A stretch of DNA of 63,961 nt, taken from the NCBI RefSeq assembly GCF_000315625.1, contig NW_005434654.1, positions 618,632 to 682,592 of the forward strand, written 5' to 3'. Shown one piece after another: positions 25,511 to 37,480 of the stretch (positions are counted from its first letter, which is position 1; every line of letters starts with the position of its first letter). The notes beneath the pieces were generated by a model, which worked only from the letters and a program-made list of their open reading frames with translations, was not told the origin of the DNA and made no database searches. The translations under genes were made by a program, and so were the position numbers. The stretch comes from Guillardia theta CCMP2712. Taxonomy: Eukaryota > Protista > Cryptophyta.

Positions 25511-27340
25511 ATGCAGGACTCTCATTCAACAAGAGGAAAGGGAAAGGCAGCTTTGGCTGCGAACATGCACATTCTCAGCGAGGTTGAGTTTCGATTCGCG
25601 TCCAGCTTGATTGGCCTGGGTCAGGGTCATTTGTTCGGTCATTGGCCAGCACCTGGGTTCCAAGACGACGACAAACATCGCTTTCTGAACCAAGCCATGC
25701 ATCTCAATGAAGATTACCCTGGTGGCCTTCGAGAATACATCATGAATGCCCGACAGCTGCTCTTGAAGTCTAAACATGGCATATCCAGCAATGCAGAATT
25801 TGTACCAGAAATCGCCGACGGATTTTCTGTAGAACCAAGATCTACTGAGATCCTGGACTTTGAGAGAGAAGGATATGCAAATATGCATCAGTGTGCCTTC
25901 GTGTTGGTGGCTGGTGGGTTGGGAGAACGACTGGGTTACAGTGGCATAAAGGTTGCACTGCCTGCTGAAATCACAACTGGAAGATGCTTTCTTCAGTATT
26001 ACATCGACAACGTGCTGGCTTTACAAAGCATTTGCGACATGTCTCCTGGTCAGAAGCTTCCCTTCATCATCATGACGTCACATGAAACTCATCAGAAGAC
26101 CTTGGATCTTTTGGTAAGAAATAATTACTTCGGAGCAGACAGGAGTCAATTCATACTTGTGAAGCAAGGCGAGGTGCCTGCGATCGTGGATACCGGAGGC
26201 CATCTAGCACTCAACTCGGATGATAATTACCAGTTGATGACAAAGCCGCATGGACATGGCGATGTACACCGGCTCTTGTATACCACAGGAGTAGCTAAGA
26301 ACCTGGTTGATGCGGGGTATAAGTGGATCTACTTCTTCCAGGATACGAACGTCTTGGCCTTCAAGCCTCTTCCCGCATGTCTTGGTATTTCTGCTAAGCA
26401 CAATCTAGACGTCAATACCATGGCTGTACCAAGGAAAGCTGGGGATGCATGCGGTGCGATCATGAAATTGCGTCGACCAGATGGAACAAGCTTGATTAAC
26501 AATGTAGAGTACAATGAAGTTCAAGACCTGCTGGGTGATAAGATGGACTACGATCCAAAACTGGGGGAATCTCCCTATCCTGGCAATACGAACCAAATCA
26601 TTTTCAAGCTTTCAAGCTACCTTCAGGCTCTGGTTGAATCGAATGGGAAAGTTCCTGAATTCGTTAATCCAAAGTACGAGAACAGTGACAAGACAAGTTT
26701 TCAGACTCCGACAAGGCTAGAGTGTATGATGCAAGATTTCCCCAAGGTATTCCCGGAGAAAATGAAACCAGAGATAAGTTTTGTGAAGATGAAGCGCTGG
26801 TTTTCGTATTCACCGGTCAAAAATTCTGTCGCCAAGGGGGTGAGCCTGGCAAGTGTAAACCTGCCCCCCATGACAGCTTCTACGGGCGAGGCCGATGTTT
26901 ATATTTGCAACCGAGAGCTCTTACGAATCGCTGGAGTGGAGGTACAAGACGCCGCTGTGACGGTCTTCAACGGAATACCGATAGTTGCAGGTCCCAGAGT
27001 CATCTTGGCACCGTCGTTCGCCGTTGGGGTTGGTGATGTCATCCATAAAGTCAAGGGTGGGCGGATCTCCTCCAAGTCTACTTTGATCGTATCCGGCCCT
27101 GACGTGTTCATCGAGGATTTGGATTTGGATGGAACACTGATCGTGAAAGCCGTTCCAGGAGCCCGAGTGAAGCTCACGGGGCTGACGGTCAAGAACAAGG
27201 GGTGGGCTTTAGAGCAGCTCAAGAGCGGCGGCTCGCGGGTGCCTCCAGAGGAGCTGCGAGTGCGAGGGTATCAGCTACGGAAGTACGAGCAACGAGTATT
27301 GGAGTTCACGGAGGCCGGAGATTACGAGGTCAGAACTTGA
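25511..27340 (+). CDS. USP: UDP-sugar pyrophosphorylase (609 aa, intronless)
   Basis: Hallmark motifs LVAGGLGERLGYSGIK, KPHGHGDVH, FFQDTN, NVEYN, YPGNTNQ, EFVNPKY, TRLECMMQDFP and YSPVKN. Confidence 0.95.
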   Translation: MQDSHSTRGKGKAALAANMHILSEVEFRFASSLIGLGQGHLFGHWPAPGFQDDDKHRFLNQAMHLNEDYPGGLREYIMNARQLLLKSKHGISSNAEFVPEIADGFSVEPRSTEILDFEREGYANMHQCAFVLVAGGLGERLGYSGIKVALPAEITTGRCFLQYYIDNVLALQSICDMSPGQKLPFIIMTSHETHQKTLDLLVRNNYFGADRSQFILVKQGEVPAIVDTGGHLALNSDDNYQLMTKPHGHGDVHRLLYTTGVAKNLVDAGYKWIYFFQDTNVLAFKPLPACLGISAKHNLDVNTMAVPRKAGDACGAIMKLRRPDGTSLINNVEYNEVQDLLGDKMDYDPKLGESPYPGNTNQIIFKLSSYLQALVESNGKVPEFVNPKYENSDKTSFQTPTRLECMMQDFPKVFPEKMKPEISFVKMKRWFSYSPVKNSVAKGVSLASVNLPPMTASTGEADVYICNRELLRIAGVEVQDAAVTVFNGIPIVAGPRVILAPSFAVGVGDVIHKVKGGRISSKSTLIVSGPDVFIEDLDLDGTLIVKAVPGARVKLTGLTVKNKGWALEQLKSGGSRVPPEELRVRGYQLRKYEQRVLEFTEAGDYEVRT

Positions 27341-27544
27341 CTTGCTGCCTTAGAGACAGCAGGCATTGAATGTCTTCACGCCCTTGTCTGTAATACACTG
27401 AATTGTTTCCTACCCTTTCACTCTTGGAACAGTTTATCTGGAAGAATGTATCTCAATCGAGCTCGGAGACGAACATTCATCGACTCTCTGTGTCAGGGCT
27501 TCATTGAAATCTTTACAAGGTTGAAGCAATGGGTTAAAATCCAC

Positions 27545-27887
27545 TTAATCAAGTTCGCTCCAGGGGGGAGGGGCAAGTACACGATCGATCGCAGGCACGC
27601 GAGCCTCCGGCCCGTCCCACACCCCGTCGATCGGACGCTGGCCATACCCATAGATCTCGTCATAGACCCACCTACAAACATGCGGGTCAGCTCCCTCCAG
27701 CTACTGACATTAGTACGCGCTCTCTCTATTAGATCAAGAGCAAACTTTACCTGTTGCCGCCCTTCAACCATGACTGGTTAGGAAGAGGAGGCTGGTGGGG
27801 CACGGGAACGTAGCCATCATTCATGCCATGAGTTCCAACAGTCACATTCGTTTGCTGTCCGGTGTACGGGTTGCAAAAGTACGACAT
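27545..27887 (-). CDS. Small hypothetical protein (~87 aa, two exons)
   Basis: MSYFCNPYTGQQ..WLKGGNR|WVYDEIYGYGQRPIDGVWDGP..PPPWSELD-TAA through intron 27750-27672 (GTAAAG..CTGAC..TGTAG), which keeps the frame. Confidence 0.55.
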
Positions 27888-28935
27888 GGAACGACCGCAG
27901 ACAAAGAGGCTGGGTAGATGCGAAACCAACATCTGCACGCTGCAGTCAGTCGCAACCTTGATTTAAGGAACCTTGATGAAAGCATACAACGAACTCAAGT
28001 CAATCACATCCTTGCCAGCGATCACCAAACTAGAATATCTCGATGCTCGTAATTCAGAGAGACATTCTTTCATACAAACACACCATGACAGGTGGAATCT
28101 TATTCGCATGACAGCGAAACCAACGCAACAAAGATGGGATGAAACAAGGGGAAAATCTTAAATGCGGGCACAGAGAAGACGATCACATCAAATAAATTGA
28201 GAGAATAGTGGAGACAGTTGAAGAAGTCAGCGCGAGAACTAGCATCGTTCTAGAACACCTCCTTGACGTCAGCCTCGTCCCTCGGTCTGCAGCAAACAAA
28301 GCAGATACTAGGAGCTACAGATAAAGATTGATTCCATCTAACCCCCCTCATCACGAGGCCACAGGAAAGTGTCTCAAATGCATCGACATCAGCTGCTTTT
28401 CCCGTCTCCTCTCTCCCCGTCCTCCTCTCCTCTCCCGCTCTATCTCTGGCTCATGGCGCGCATGGCGCGACCCTTCACAACTGAGGTCAGCCAGCTTCCT
28501 GGGTCACATCGAGTAATGTGAACCGGGTGACCGGGTGACCGGAACAAGTTCAAATCATGACATGCACGCGTAAACCCGCCTCAGATTTTACAATGCCCCG
28601 AGGGACTCAACGGCAGATTCCGAGGAGGAATGAAAAAAAGAAAATTCGAAATTTCAGTACTGAAAAGAAAAAGATACACGGATTAATCGAGAAAAAAAGA
28701 ACTGTCAGGAGGAATCTTCAACCTTGCGATCCAAGGCTGGGAGGCACCTAGTAGTAGTTGGCCGAAGTAGAAGGGAGGTTGAGAGGGAGGAGCGTGAAGC
28801 GGCAGGTGGTTGGGAGGGGCCCTAGACGAAGACTGAGATGTTGAAGTCGAGAGACTGAGCAGCTACACGATAGTGTTAAAGGAAAGGAGGATTCTTCGCC
28901 TGGTCTGGTTAGCAACTTCCGGTGCAGATTTTGGC

Positions 28936-31440
28936 ATGAGAGGACAACATGACGACAGTGAAGATATCAGAGTTCTTTCACCCCTAACTCTCCTTTGCAG
29001 GATTTGAATCATGCAGCACTTCAATATACAAGACATCTTCAAACTGCCTGCTGTAACGTCTTTGAATAATGTGGAGATCCCAGTAAGAAAGAATTGCGAG
29101 CAAAATCCTCCCCGGCACGAGATGCAAAGTGCTAAGCAGCTCGACGACTGGAAGAATGCTCCAATCTGCAACCCATACGCTGGTCCCAAAGAACTGTATG
29201 CAGTGGAGAATGCGGTCGTGAAGGAGTATGATCCCATCCTCAAGTACGTCTTTGCACGTTTCTAATGACCCTTGCTTCGTCTGATATGGAGCAGACAATG
29301 GAGGCAAAACGCGATCAAGATTCAGATAGAGAGAAAGCCCTTTGCCGAAGGTGCTATGCGGTATGACTTGCAACTGTCTTTCAAGACAGGCTGAGCAATA
29401 GTTTTGAAGGTCTGCATATCGCATGAAAATTCTTGACGGCATGGATGTGCATGGGAGAGATCGCCTGTTTGTTCTCAAGGTCATTTCTGACTGTCAAGGA
29501 ACGTAGGGGCTGACTAGACTCGTTTCCTCCTTGCAGCTCTCCAAGGACCCGAAGGAAAACGTCAAACAATACTACAAGGATGTCGAGACTCAGATGGAAG
29601 CGCGAAAATGGGCGATCGACTATAACAAGTCAGGAGCCCCCAAACAAGTATAAGAAGAACCCCTGCCTTCTACAGGCACGTCTACCCATCCTCTCACTCT
29701 CATGATCAGGTGGAATTCATTCCTGCGATGGTTGTCATCCTGGTAGACCGGCCGCTCCGTCCGACATGCACCATGGAGAAGTTTGTGGAGGTGCGGCCGA
29801 TCTCTTGTCCACACTGTCATTCCTGACGTTGTAGCTGGAATGACCAGGGGGAGTACGTCAAGTACAATGACAATTGGTCTTGGTGTGACGAGAAGAGGAA
29901 CACTCCACAGGTGCTTGACATGATCAACCGTGCCCTCGCTGTGCTTGACGGTTCTCAGGCCTTCTCTCACTGGACCTGGGAGGCCTCAGGGAACAACCTG
30001 CTCGTGTGCGATCTGCAGGTCTGAACTTGAGCAGGGAGCTCGTCGTGTGACGAGAGGATTGTTTCAGGGCGTAGGAGACTGCTGGACTGACCCACAGATC
30101 CACACCATCGATGGGAGAGGATTCGGTGACGCGAGGACCGAGACAAGTTCGTCGGACTGATTGCTCGCACAGGGAAGGGAAATGCTGGGCTGCAAGGAAT
30201 CAGGCAGTTCTTGCAGCAACACAAGTGCAATGCTATCTGCAGGTGCTTCTGCTCGAGGTGTGATTGGTCGATGACGGTGATGGTAGAGCCCTCAAACTCA
30301 AGTCGTTGACGGGGAGAATGAAGCTTGCCGACAACGGGACGCAATGGGGTAAGAAGGATCCAAGAGTATGCGATTGAAGTGATCGGGACCATTGCAGGTG
30401 CGGCATTGAAGAAGAGAACCGCCATGGAACCTGCTGCCAGGTACCTTCTCTTGACCCTCTTCAACTCTCTGAAAGCACCGTCAGCGGCTCCTCCTTGGAC
30501 GACATGCCCGTCGGTATCGGAATCACAATCGATGGTGGATTTAGTCAGGTCAGCTGCCCCTGAGAAGCTCCAACCTCATAGAAACTGAGTGTATCTGCAG
30601 GGCCTGATGCTCCCGCTGATCGTCGTGGCCGTGAAGCCTGGCAGCGTCGCCGCCAAGTGCGGAAGAGGATGAAATGTCTTAGTTCCTCTAACGGCAGCTC
30701 TTGACAGGAGCGGGAAGATCCAGAAGGGAGACTTCATCATCCAAGTAGACAAGACCCCTGTCCAGGTACTGTTTGTCTACCCGCCTGCTTTGCCGATTGC
30801 TCTCCCTTCCCTCATTGCAAGAGGTCTGATGGAGAGGAAAGGGCGCGTCGGTCTCGCAGGTGAAGCATCTCATCCAAGGGAAGGCCGGCACCAAGGTACC
30901 TCGTTCCTCCATCTTGCGCCCCCTGACCTGTCATGGAGGTTGTTCTCCATCTTCAACGAGGCATTCATGTCTTCGCCGTCGAGTTCACCAGAACCAGCCT
31001 CAAGGTGAGGCGGCAGCGAGTGTGAGCAGCGCTGAGCCAGCCCCAGGAGTCTCGAGAGCAGAAGAAGCGAAAAGTCAACAACAAGGATGTTCATCAGATC
31101 GTGAAGGTGATGGAAGGCGTGAGAGTCGTAGTTTACACCGACATTGTACATACAGGAGATGCTGTTCCAAACTAAACCCGAGGACAAACAAGAGCAGAAG
31201 GAGCTTGAAGAGCAGGTAACAGGCAGTTGGGTGCTAGACGTTCGCAGTCCTCATTCTCACCTCAGCACCACAACCCGGAGCCGAGGCCCATCAAGGTCAT
31301 GAACGGACCGGCTCAACCACAAGTAGAGAAAGAGAATAACAACAGGAACTTGAAGGTCAACCCGCAGGTCTGATCTGCTTTCGCTCTCCTCACGTTGAGC
31401 CACCTTGCAGGCCCTGCAGGGAGGAATCGTTTTCATCTGA
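28936..31440 (+). CDS. Alpha-kinase (eEF2K/myosin heavy chain kinase family), multi-exon
   Basis: Spliced motifs [78 protein letters not shown] and FGKGNAGLQGIRQFLQQHKCNAICR. Probable last exon ALQGGIVFI-TGA. Confidence 0.92.
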
Positions 31441-31445
31441 GAGCA

Positions 31446-32726
31446 TCAAGCCAAACTCACTCTAACCTTCCCGTTGTGGGACAGACGATCTCGAAGCGCT
31501 ATCTGCTCCATAATCGCCTCTGCTTGCTCCTTGTAGAAGGACTTCTGCGTCAGCTTGATTGCCACGCGCTGTAACACATAGTCTCTTTGTTAACCAAACG
31601 AACAGTTGCCCTCAAATCAAGCAGCACCTGCACACAAGCGAGCACTGCATTCAGCTCCCTCCTCCGATCCTGCGATATCCGTCAACAGCGCGCTCGTCAA
31701 GGCGGCATGTCATCAGCCACCGACGAGATGGCACTGGGCACTTCCTTCCCTCCTGCGCAGATCGCGGACCTCCGAATGAACTCCTGCTCCTCCTCATTCG
31801 GCCGCACTCTCGCGATCTCCCGCTTGACTTTCTGTACCTGAATGGCCTCAACAAGAGAAGGGCCGGGGGCAAACAGACCTCCTCTATCAGATCCCTGATG
31901 TCCTCAAACTCCTCCATCATGAGATCCTCAGGCGTGATAGTCGCTGACCCGATTTCTGTACAGGAAGAGCTCGGCGATCTCAGAGCAATCTCAGCTACGG
32001 CAGATGCTGGCATGCCTGAGGAAGTGCAAGTCATCCTCGACTGAGTCACAGGAGCAACTTCAAGGCACCTAGTTGAAAGAAGGGCTCGTTCACGTCCTCA
32101 GGGATCAACCATCCCTCGCAGAGAGATAGATCAACGCAAGTCATCATCACACCGAAGAATTCCTCCCAGATGTTTACATCCTCCAACCTCTGGGGAGGTC
32201 TTTGCTCACGTCGGGCATTGCCAGTTCGCCCTTCTACCAGAGTTGCCATAGTGTTTTCTACTATCTTGTTGACCTCTAACACGGCACTTCTCAACGCTGC
32301 CTTGATGTGTATCTTCGCATCGCTAACTTTTTCTTGTAGCGGAACTCCCACATTAGTCCATACCCAGTCACGCATCGCACTTTTCCCCTCGTCTCCTTGT
32401 TTCCGCATTGTCTCCCACCAACTTTCAACCCTCTGCTGTCGACCGATCGAAGTCACTCGAGCACCTCGCAAGTCGCCTCTCCCAGAATCTCGCCTGTCGT
32501 CTCTCTCTCCATCTCGCCTGTCGTCTCTCTCTCCATCTCGCATGTCGCCTCTCCCAGCATCTCGCATGTCGCCTGTCTCTGCATCTCGCATGTCGCCTGT
32601 CTCTGCATCCTCCTCGCCCTCGTGCATGTCTCTCCCTCGCTGATACCGCGAGGCTGCTCGTCTGCCTTGTCGATGCATTGAAGCAACAAACCCTGAGAAT
32701 GATTTACTCAATGTGAAGGGCAGCAA
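31446..32726 (-). CDS. Hypothetical protein resembling the C-terminal part of the plant At3g27390 membrane-protein family; 5' end uncertain
   Basis: A 226-aa ORF plus downstream exons: NIWEEFFGVM..GWLIPEDV, ..KREIARVRPNEEEQEFIRR.., DRRRELNAVLA..RVAIKLTQKSFYKEQ. The family resemblance is from recall only. Confidence 0.5.
32465..32610. repeat. Coding 24-bp tandem repeat (~6 copies, DAETGDMR/DGERDDRR)
   Basis: Units similar to CATCTCGCATGTCGCCTGTCTCTG. Confidence 0.8.
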
Positions 32727-33008
32727 AAGTGCAATAGAGAACTTTGATTGCTGCCCTGAGCTTTTTCTCTTTCCACTTCAGAGACTGAACCCCTCGCATG
32801 CAACTTTACCTGTACCCCCTCTATTCCCTCCGACCACCCCTGGAGTAGGGCCGGGTAGTACTTGATTCAAACTTCTCGATCTTTCGCAAGGAGGGAGCGG
32901 CCGCTGCAGCTGCTGAACCCTCTGCCTCTCCTGCTCCCTGCTCCCCCCCCCACCTCTCCTCCCTCCCCTGATCCCTGCCCTCCTCCCTGAACCAACCTGT
33001 TGAGCTCC

Positions 33009-34791
33009 ATGCTTCGCTGTCAAACGATGCGTGGGCTCATGCTAGTTTCGATTTTCTTGCTGCACGCAGCCAGCTTGTTGCACGCCAAAACAATGAAAGG
33101 AACTGTTTGCACGGTATGACCTCAATCTGACAATGTCTTGATGCTTCGCCTTATCTCACTGCGTAACATGCCAATTGACAGGTACGAGGTCTGCTACAAC
33201 CTGAATCGGACGATCAGGATATTGATGGAGATGATAAAACGGATCTTGCATTGAATCCGGGCATGAAAGCCGCTGTGTTCAATCGGGCGAAAGCAATTGA
33301 GGGAACTGGTGTGGGCCCAAACATCTATATTTCAGATGAGAAGGGTAATAAGATCTACGTGCTTGATAGATTCACCGGCACGGTAATGATTCTCTTCACC
33401 ATGTCATCCAACACAACAGTTAAGGGCAATGATGTAGTGTCCCAGGTGACTTTGTTGGCGGGAACTGGAGAGGCAGGATACAAAGATGGCATCGGGTCTT
33501 CCGCCAAGTTCAAGTGACTTCATGCCAGCAACTCTTGCTGCTTACCTGAGCATGATGATAGGAGTCCTAGCGGGTTGGCTGTCCAGAGCCTTCGTACAGG
33601 TCTTTGCGTATCAGACAGAGGAAACCATGCCATCCGCATCATCACAAGAGAAAGGTGCTGATCGCTCATAACTTGGTTAGGCTTGTTCTCATGCTGTCCT
33701 CTGCCCTTTCTCAGCCCCGACAAACCTGCTGTGGTAGATACCGTCGCTGGATCCGATGACTCTGGTGCTGGATTTGCAGATGGAGAGGGTCCAAACGCCT
33801 TGTTCAACCATCCTGAAGGTCCAATAAAGAATCCCAGTATGATCTCTTTTACTAATGATGCAAATTGCAATCAGGCTTGGCCATGTCACCCGATGGTTCC
33901 TTCATACTTGTTGCAGATTCGGGAAATCATCGCATTCGCAAAGTTCTGTTGAGCAAGGAGGACAAGAATCTTGTTTCAACGATAGCAGGAGGAAATCAAA
34001 ATCGCAACGTGACATACAGTCAAGGCTTCAACGATGCTGACAATGGTGTTAATTCTTCCTTCAATCGCCCAACTGATGTGGCTTTCCTTCCAAATGGTGA
34101 AGAGGTAAAGCGATGCTGGAGCCTGAGTCTTGCAATTTACATTTCATGGAAGGTTTTAGTGGTTGACGCGGGAAATCATGCAATCAGGAAGTTGACGCTC
34201 TCCACTGGAGCAGTCACGACAATAGCAGGAAACGGAAACTCCGGAAGTGACAATGGATTTGGAACGAATGCAACGTGAATCGCTGACTTTGGATTGTTCG
34301 CTTCGTTAATTCGACATACAGGTTCGAATTTCCGATGAGCATTGTGATATCAGCCGGAGGCAAGTATGCTTTCATAGCTGAAATGGAAGGGCAACGAATC
34401 CGCCAGCTGCATCTTAGCACCGGTCAAGTCACGACACTTGCAGGAACAGGAGATGCAGGATCTTCCGATGGCACGGTACGAATCCAACTCTCATCTGACC
34501 TTGGTCCCTTGACTAGACTCTGGCAGTTCTTGAAGGCCAGCTTCAACATGCCGTGCTCGCTCAACGTCATCGATTCTCGCAGGTCTTGCCAGTGGTTCAC
34601 AAAACAGCTCAAGTTTCTGACTTGTTGAGATCAGATTGATGGTCCTTGACTATGAGAATTCTGCAATTCGCGTGATTGCTGTACAAGAGGACAACGAGAA
34701 CAGCATCCAAGACTACTGCGCGATGCCTTCTAGCATGGATGATAATCTCGAGTTGAAAATGATGCTTTCATCATACAATGATGAATTGTAG
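33009..34791 (+). CDS. Secretory NHL-repeat (beta-propeller) protein with C-terminal NDEL
   Basis: Signal-like MLVSIFLLLHAASLLHA. Repeats TLLAGTGEAGYKDG..AKF, FNHPEGLAMSPDG..VADSGNHRIRKV and FNRPTDVAF..VVDAGNHAIRKL. Last exon ends SSYNDEL-TAG at 34789-34791. Confidence 0.85.
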
Positions 34792-34853
34792 GGACTCTCT
34801 GAGTTGACGTTGGCAGAAGCAAAAGTGATTAGATTCTCGTAATTATTGAAGTT

Positions 34854-35833
34854 TCATCTTAGCCTTATGCTACGAGCATTGATGCTCTTATTCCATTCTT
34901 GAAAATATGAATGCATAAAATTGAACGCCTTCGACATTATGATTCCTTTCAGTAGCTTTTTTCGATACTGACAGACACGATTTACCTCCCTGCACCAACA
35001 AGAGAAGGTCCATAGGCAACGAGCAAAATTGTTAGTATTTCGCTCTGCGACTTCCTGCCATGTATTGAGAATGATTTGAAGCAGCCGCCTGTCTCTGCGG
35101 TTGTCAATCTCCTTGTCGATGCTCGAGTGCATCCCATTCGTCCCATGCTCCTCGGAGTCGGATCGACTCCAGTAAGCAGGAGAGTATCCGTATGCCGAGG
35201 ACCTGTGCTTGGATAGAGCCTCATCCTGCCACTTATGCAAGGCTTGCTGTAAGGCTTCCTGCATCCTTCCTGTCTCATCTATCTGGCGCACAAGCCTCTT
35301 TGCTCGTCGCAGCGCTGATTCACGTCTAAATCTCTGCAACACAAGCATCAGGCCAAGCAAGCTTGTCGGCTCCTCGTACCACAAAACATTGGTAGAGAGC
35401 CCGTAGCTTTGCTCTAGGGATGAAGACTTGAAGAATCGTCTTGAGAGCCTGCAAGCGGCTGCAGCAGGACGAGACCGCGGCCATCTGCCAGCAAAGAAAG
35501 CACTTGTTCATGAGCCTGGTGGTAGCCCAGCCATAGCTGAACTTGCACCCCGCTGTAGCGATGCTCTTCTCAAGAGCATGCTTCTGTGCAACGTCGAGCC
35601 ATGACTTGAGATATTCTCTCACCATGAAGAAGTCCGAAGGCAGAAGAAAGCCGAACTTGTTGCTCATGACAGGCGAACGTGTTGCTAGTGGCTCTCGATA
35701 AGACTCCGCATAGCCACCACTTGCGTCTTCAGTCTCAAGGCGTGATAGACAACACTGCGACAAGCTTAGAGCCAATCATCGCTCCATGAGGTCACACGAC
35801 AGATTCATGCGCTCCCTTCTCTTCGCCATCATG
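34854..35833 (-). CDS. Hypothetical helical protein with periodic Trp (Sfi1-repeat-like)
   Basis: Two ORFs can be joined by a 46-bp GTACGA..TTGCAG intron. Repeated motifs YLKSW, CFLCW, ALHKW, ILNTW and YFQEW. Start uncertain. Confidence 0.45.
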
Positions 35834-35959
35834 CCAGGCTCCGGCGTCAGTAACGTCATATTTTACTGCCCTCGATGAATTTGTATTTTCCTCCTACTTG
35901 TTTGCAGCTGTCTCTCACTATTTACTAACCATAACTCTGAGGCAGCTTTTGCTGAAGGC

Positions 35960-37136
35960 ATGCAGATGCGGCGCCTCATGCTGATCGCCAGCTTGGCGAC
36001 AATGGCCAAGTGCCTGGACCAGGACATGAGCGGGGAAGCGGAAGAATGCAGGGCGAGCGAGAGAGGGAGAGGTGTAAGCATCTTCTCTCCTCGGCTATGG
36101 AGATCGACAGGAGCATGGTCGATGCAGAGTGAGATTCGTGAAACTTGCGCAACCGTCACAAGCTCCAGGAACCGCTCGAGGTGGGAATGCACGTGGACGA
36201 CTAATCAAAGTCTTGCGGCTGTAGCAGATATGGTGTGGCTTTATGCTGGCATGTACAATAGAGAGGAGCATCAGGCATCTCTTCCTCCAAAAGCTGCAGG
36301 GCAACAGTTTGCAGTCTTCGAAGGAGAGCCAAAGCACAAGCACTCCTTGTTCTGGTCGTGGGCAAAAATAGGAAGAGGACATCTCTTTGATTTCGAGGTG
36401 TCGTGGAAGTTGTCTGCGCATGTTCCCTCACTGTACTGCAGCTATGCGGACTGGAAGGATCTGTACCGCCCACCGCCTCACGAATGGTCCACTGAAGCAC
36501 TAGTGTCTGCTTTCATTTCCAATGCTGCAGCATCGTGGGAGCGAACCAGATTTCTGAGAGAGCTCATGGATCTTGTGCCTGTCAAGTCATTCGGCAGGGT
36601 TCTCAACAATGCCATCTCTCCTCCAGGCACAGAGGGAAAGGTCAAGTCCATGAGACAATACAAGTTCGCACTTGTCCTAGAGAACGAAGTCGACAACGAT
36701 TACGTCTCTGAGAAGATTTACGAAGCCATGATGGCTGGAGTACTACCCATCTACAAAGGAGCGCCAAACGTGCATAAATTCCTCCCATGCTCGCACTGTG
36801 TTCTGCTCCTGGACAATTTTAATTCCGTGCAGCACTTGGCTCAAGAGCTTCGCAGACTTGACCAAGACGGCGCTGCTTTCATGGAATATTTCCGATGGAA
36901 GAAGGAAAGTTAACTCAGAGGCGATGATTGCACCTGATAGTTTTTTGCAGGAGCTCAGCCCTAAGTCAGAATTTCTCGAGCTCCAGAAGTATTGTCACGA
37001 GTCGTTCTTTTGCAGGACATGTCAACAGGTGAAGGATCGGAAAGAAAGTTACATGGTAAGAGATGATGAGAGAGATTGCTGCGCTGAAAGCTTTCAGGTC
37101 ACAAACGGTCCTGCTCGTCCAACAGGCTTCTTGTAA
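35960..37136 (+). CDS. Alpha-1,3/4-fucosyltransferase, glycosyltransferase family 10
   Basis: Alpha-1,3-FucT motif YKFALVLENEVDNDYVSEKIYEAMMAGVLPIYKGAP, plus AFISN, YFRWK and an N-terminal hydrophobic segment. Confidence 0.9.
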
Positions 37137-37480
37137 GGCTAGAGCAGCTGAACCACGATTTTCAATCAGAGGTCAGTTTCACCGATCCAATCTGATCAAA
37201 AGATATAGCTCAATATTCGCCACACACTACGCCCTTGAAAGGCTTGATTTTATTTCACATCTTTCACACGATCTTACTATCAAACACTTGTAAAATAAGA
37301 AATTTTGTAAACACACACTTAAGTACACACGAGGAAAACAAACAAAAACAACTCAATTCACGTTGCAAACATCAATTCCGCCAACGAGAAATGCAAGATC
37401 GTCGCCTGAGTCTTCTGGCGGATCATTCTTCATCCACCCTGCCCAAAGTCGAAGATTAGGAATCGTAACTCAAAACTTAA

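Noticed and set aside
28250-28460. Possible tiny minus-strand gene ending PRDEADVKEVF
   Set aside because: No consistent start or exon chain could be established by eye.
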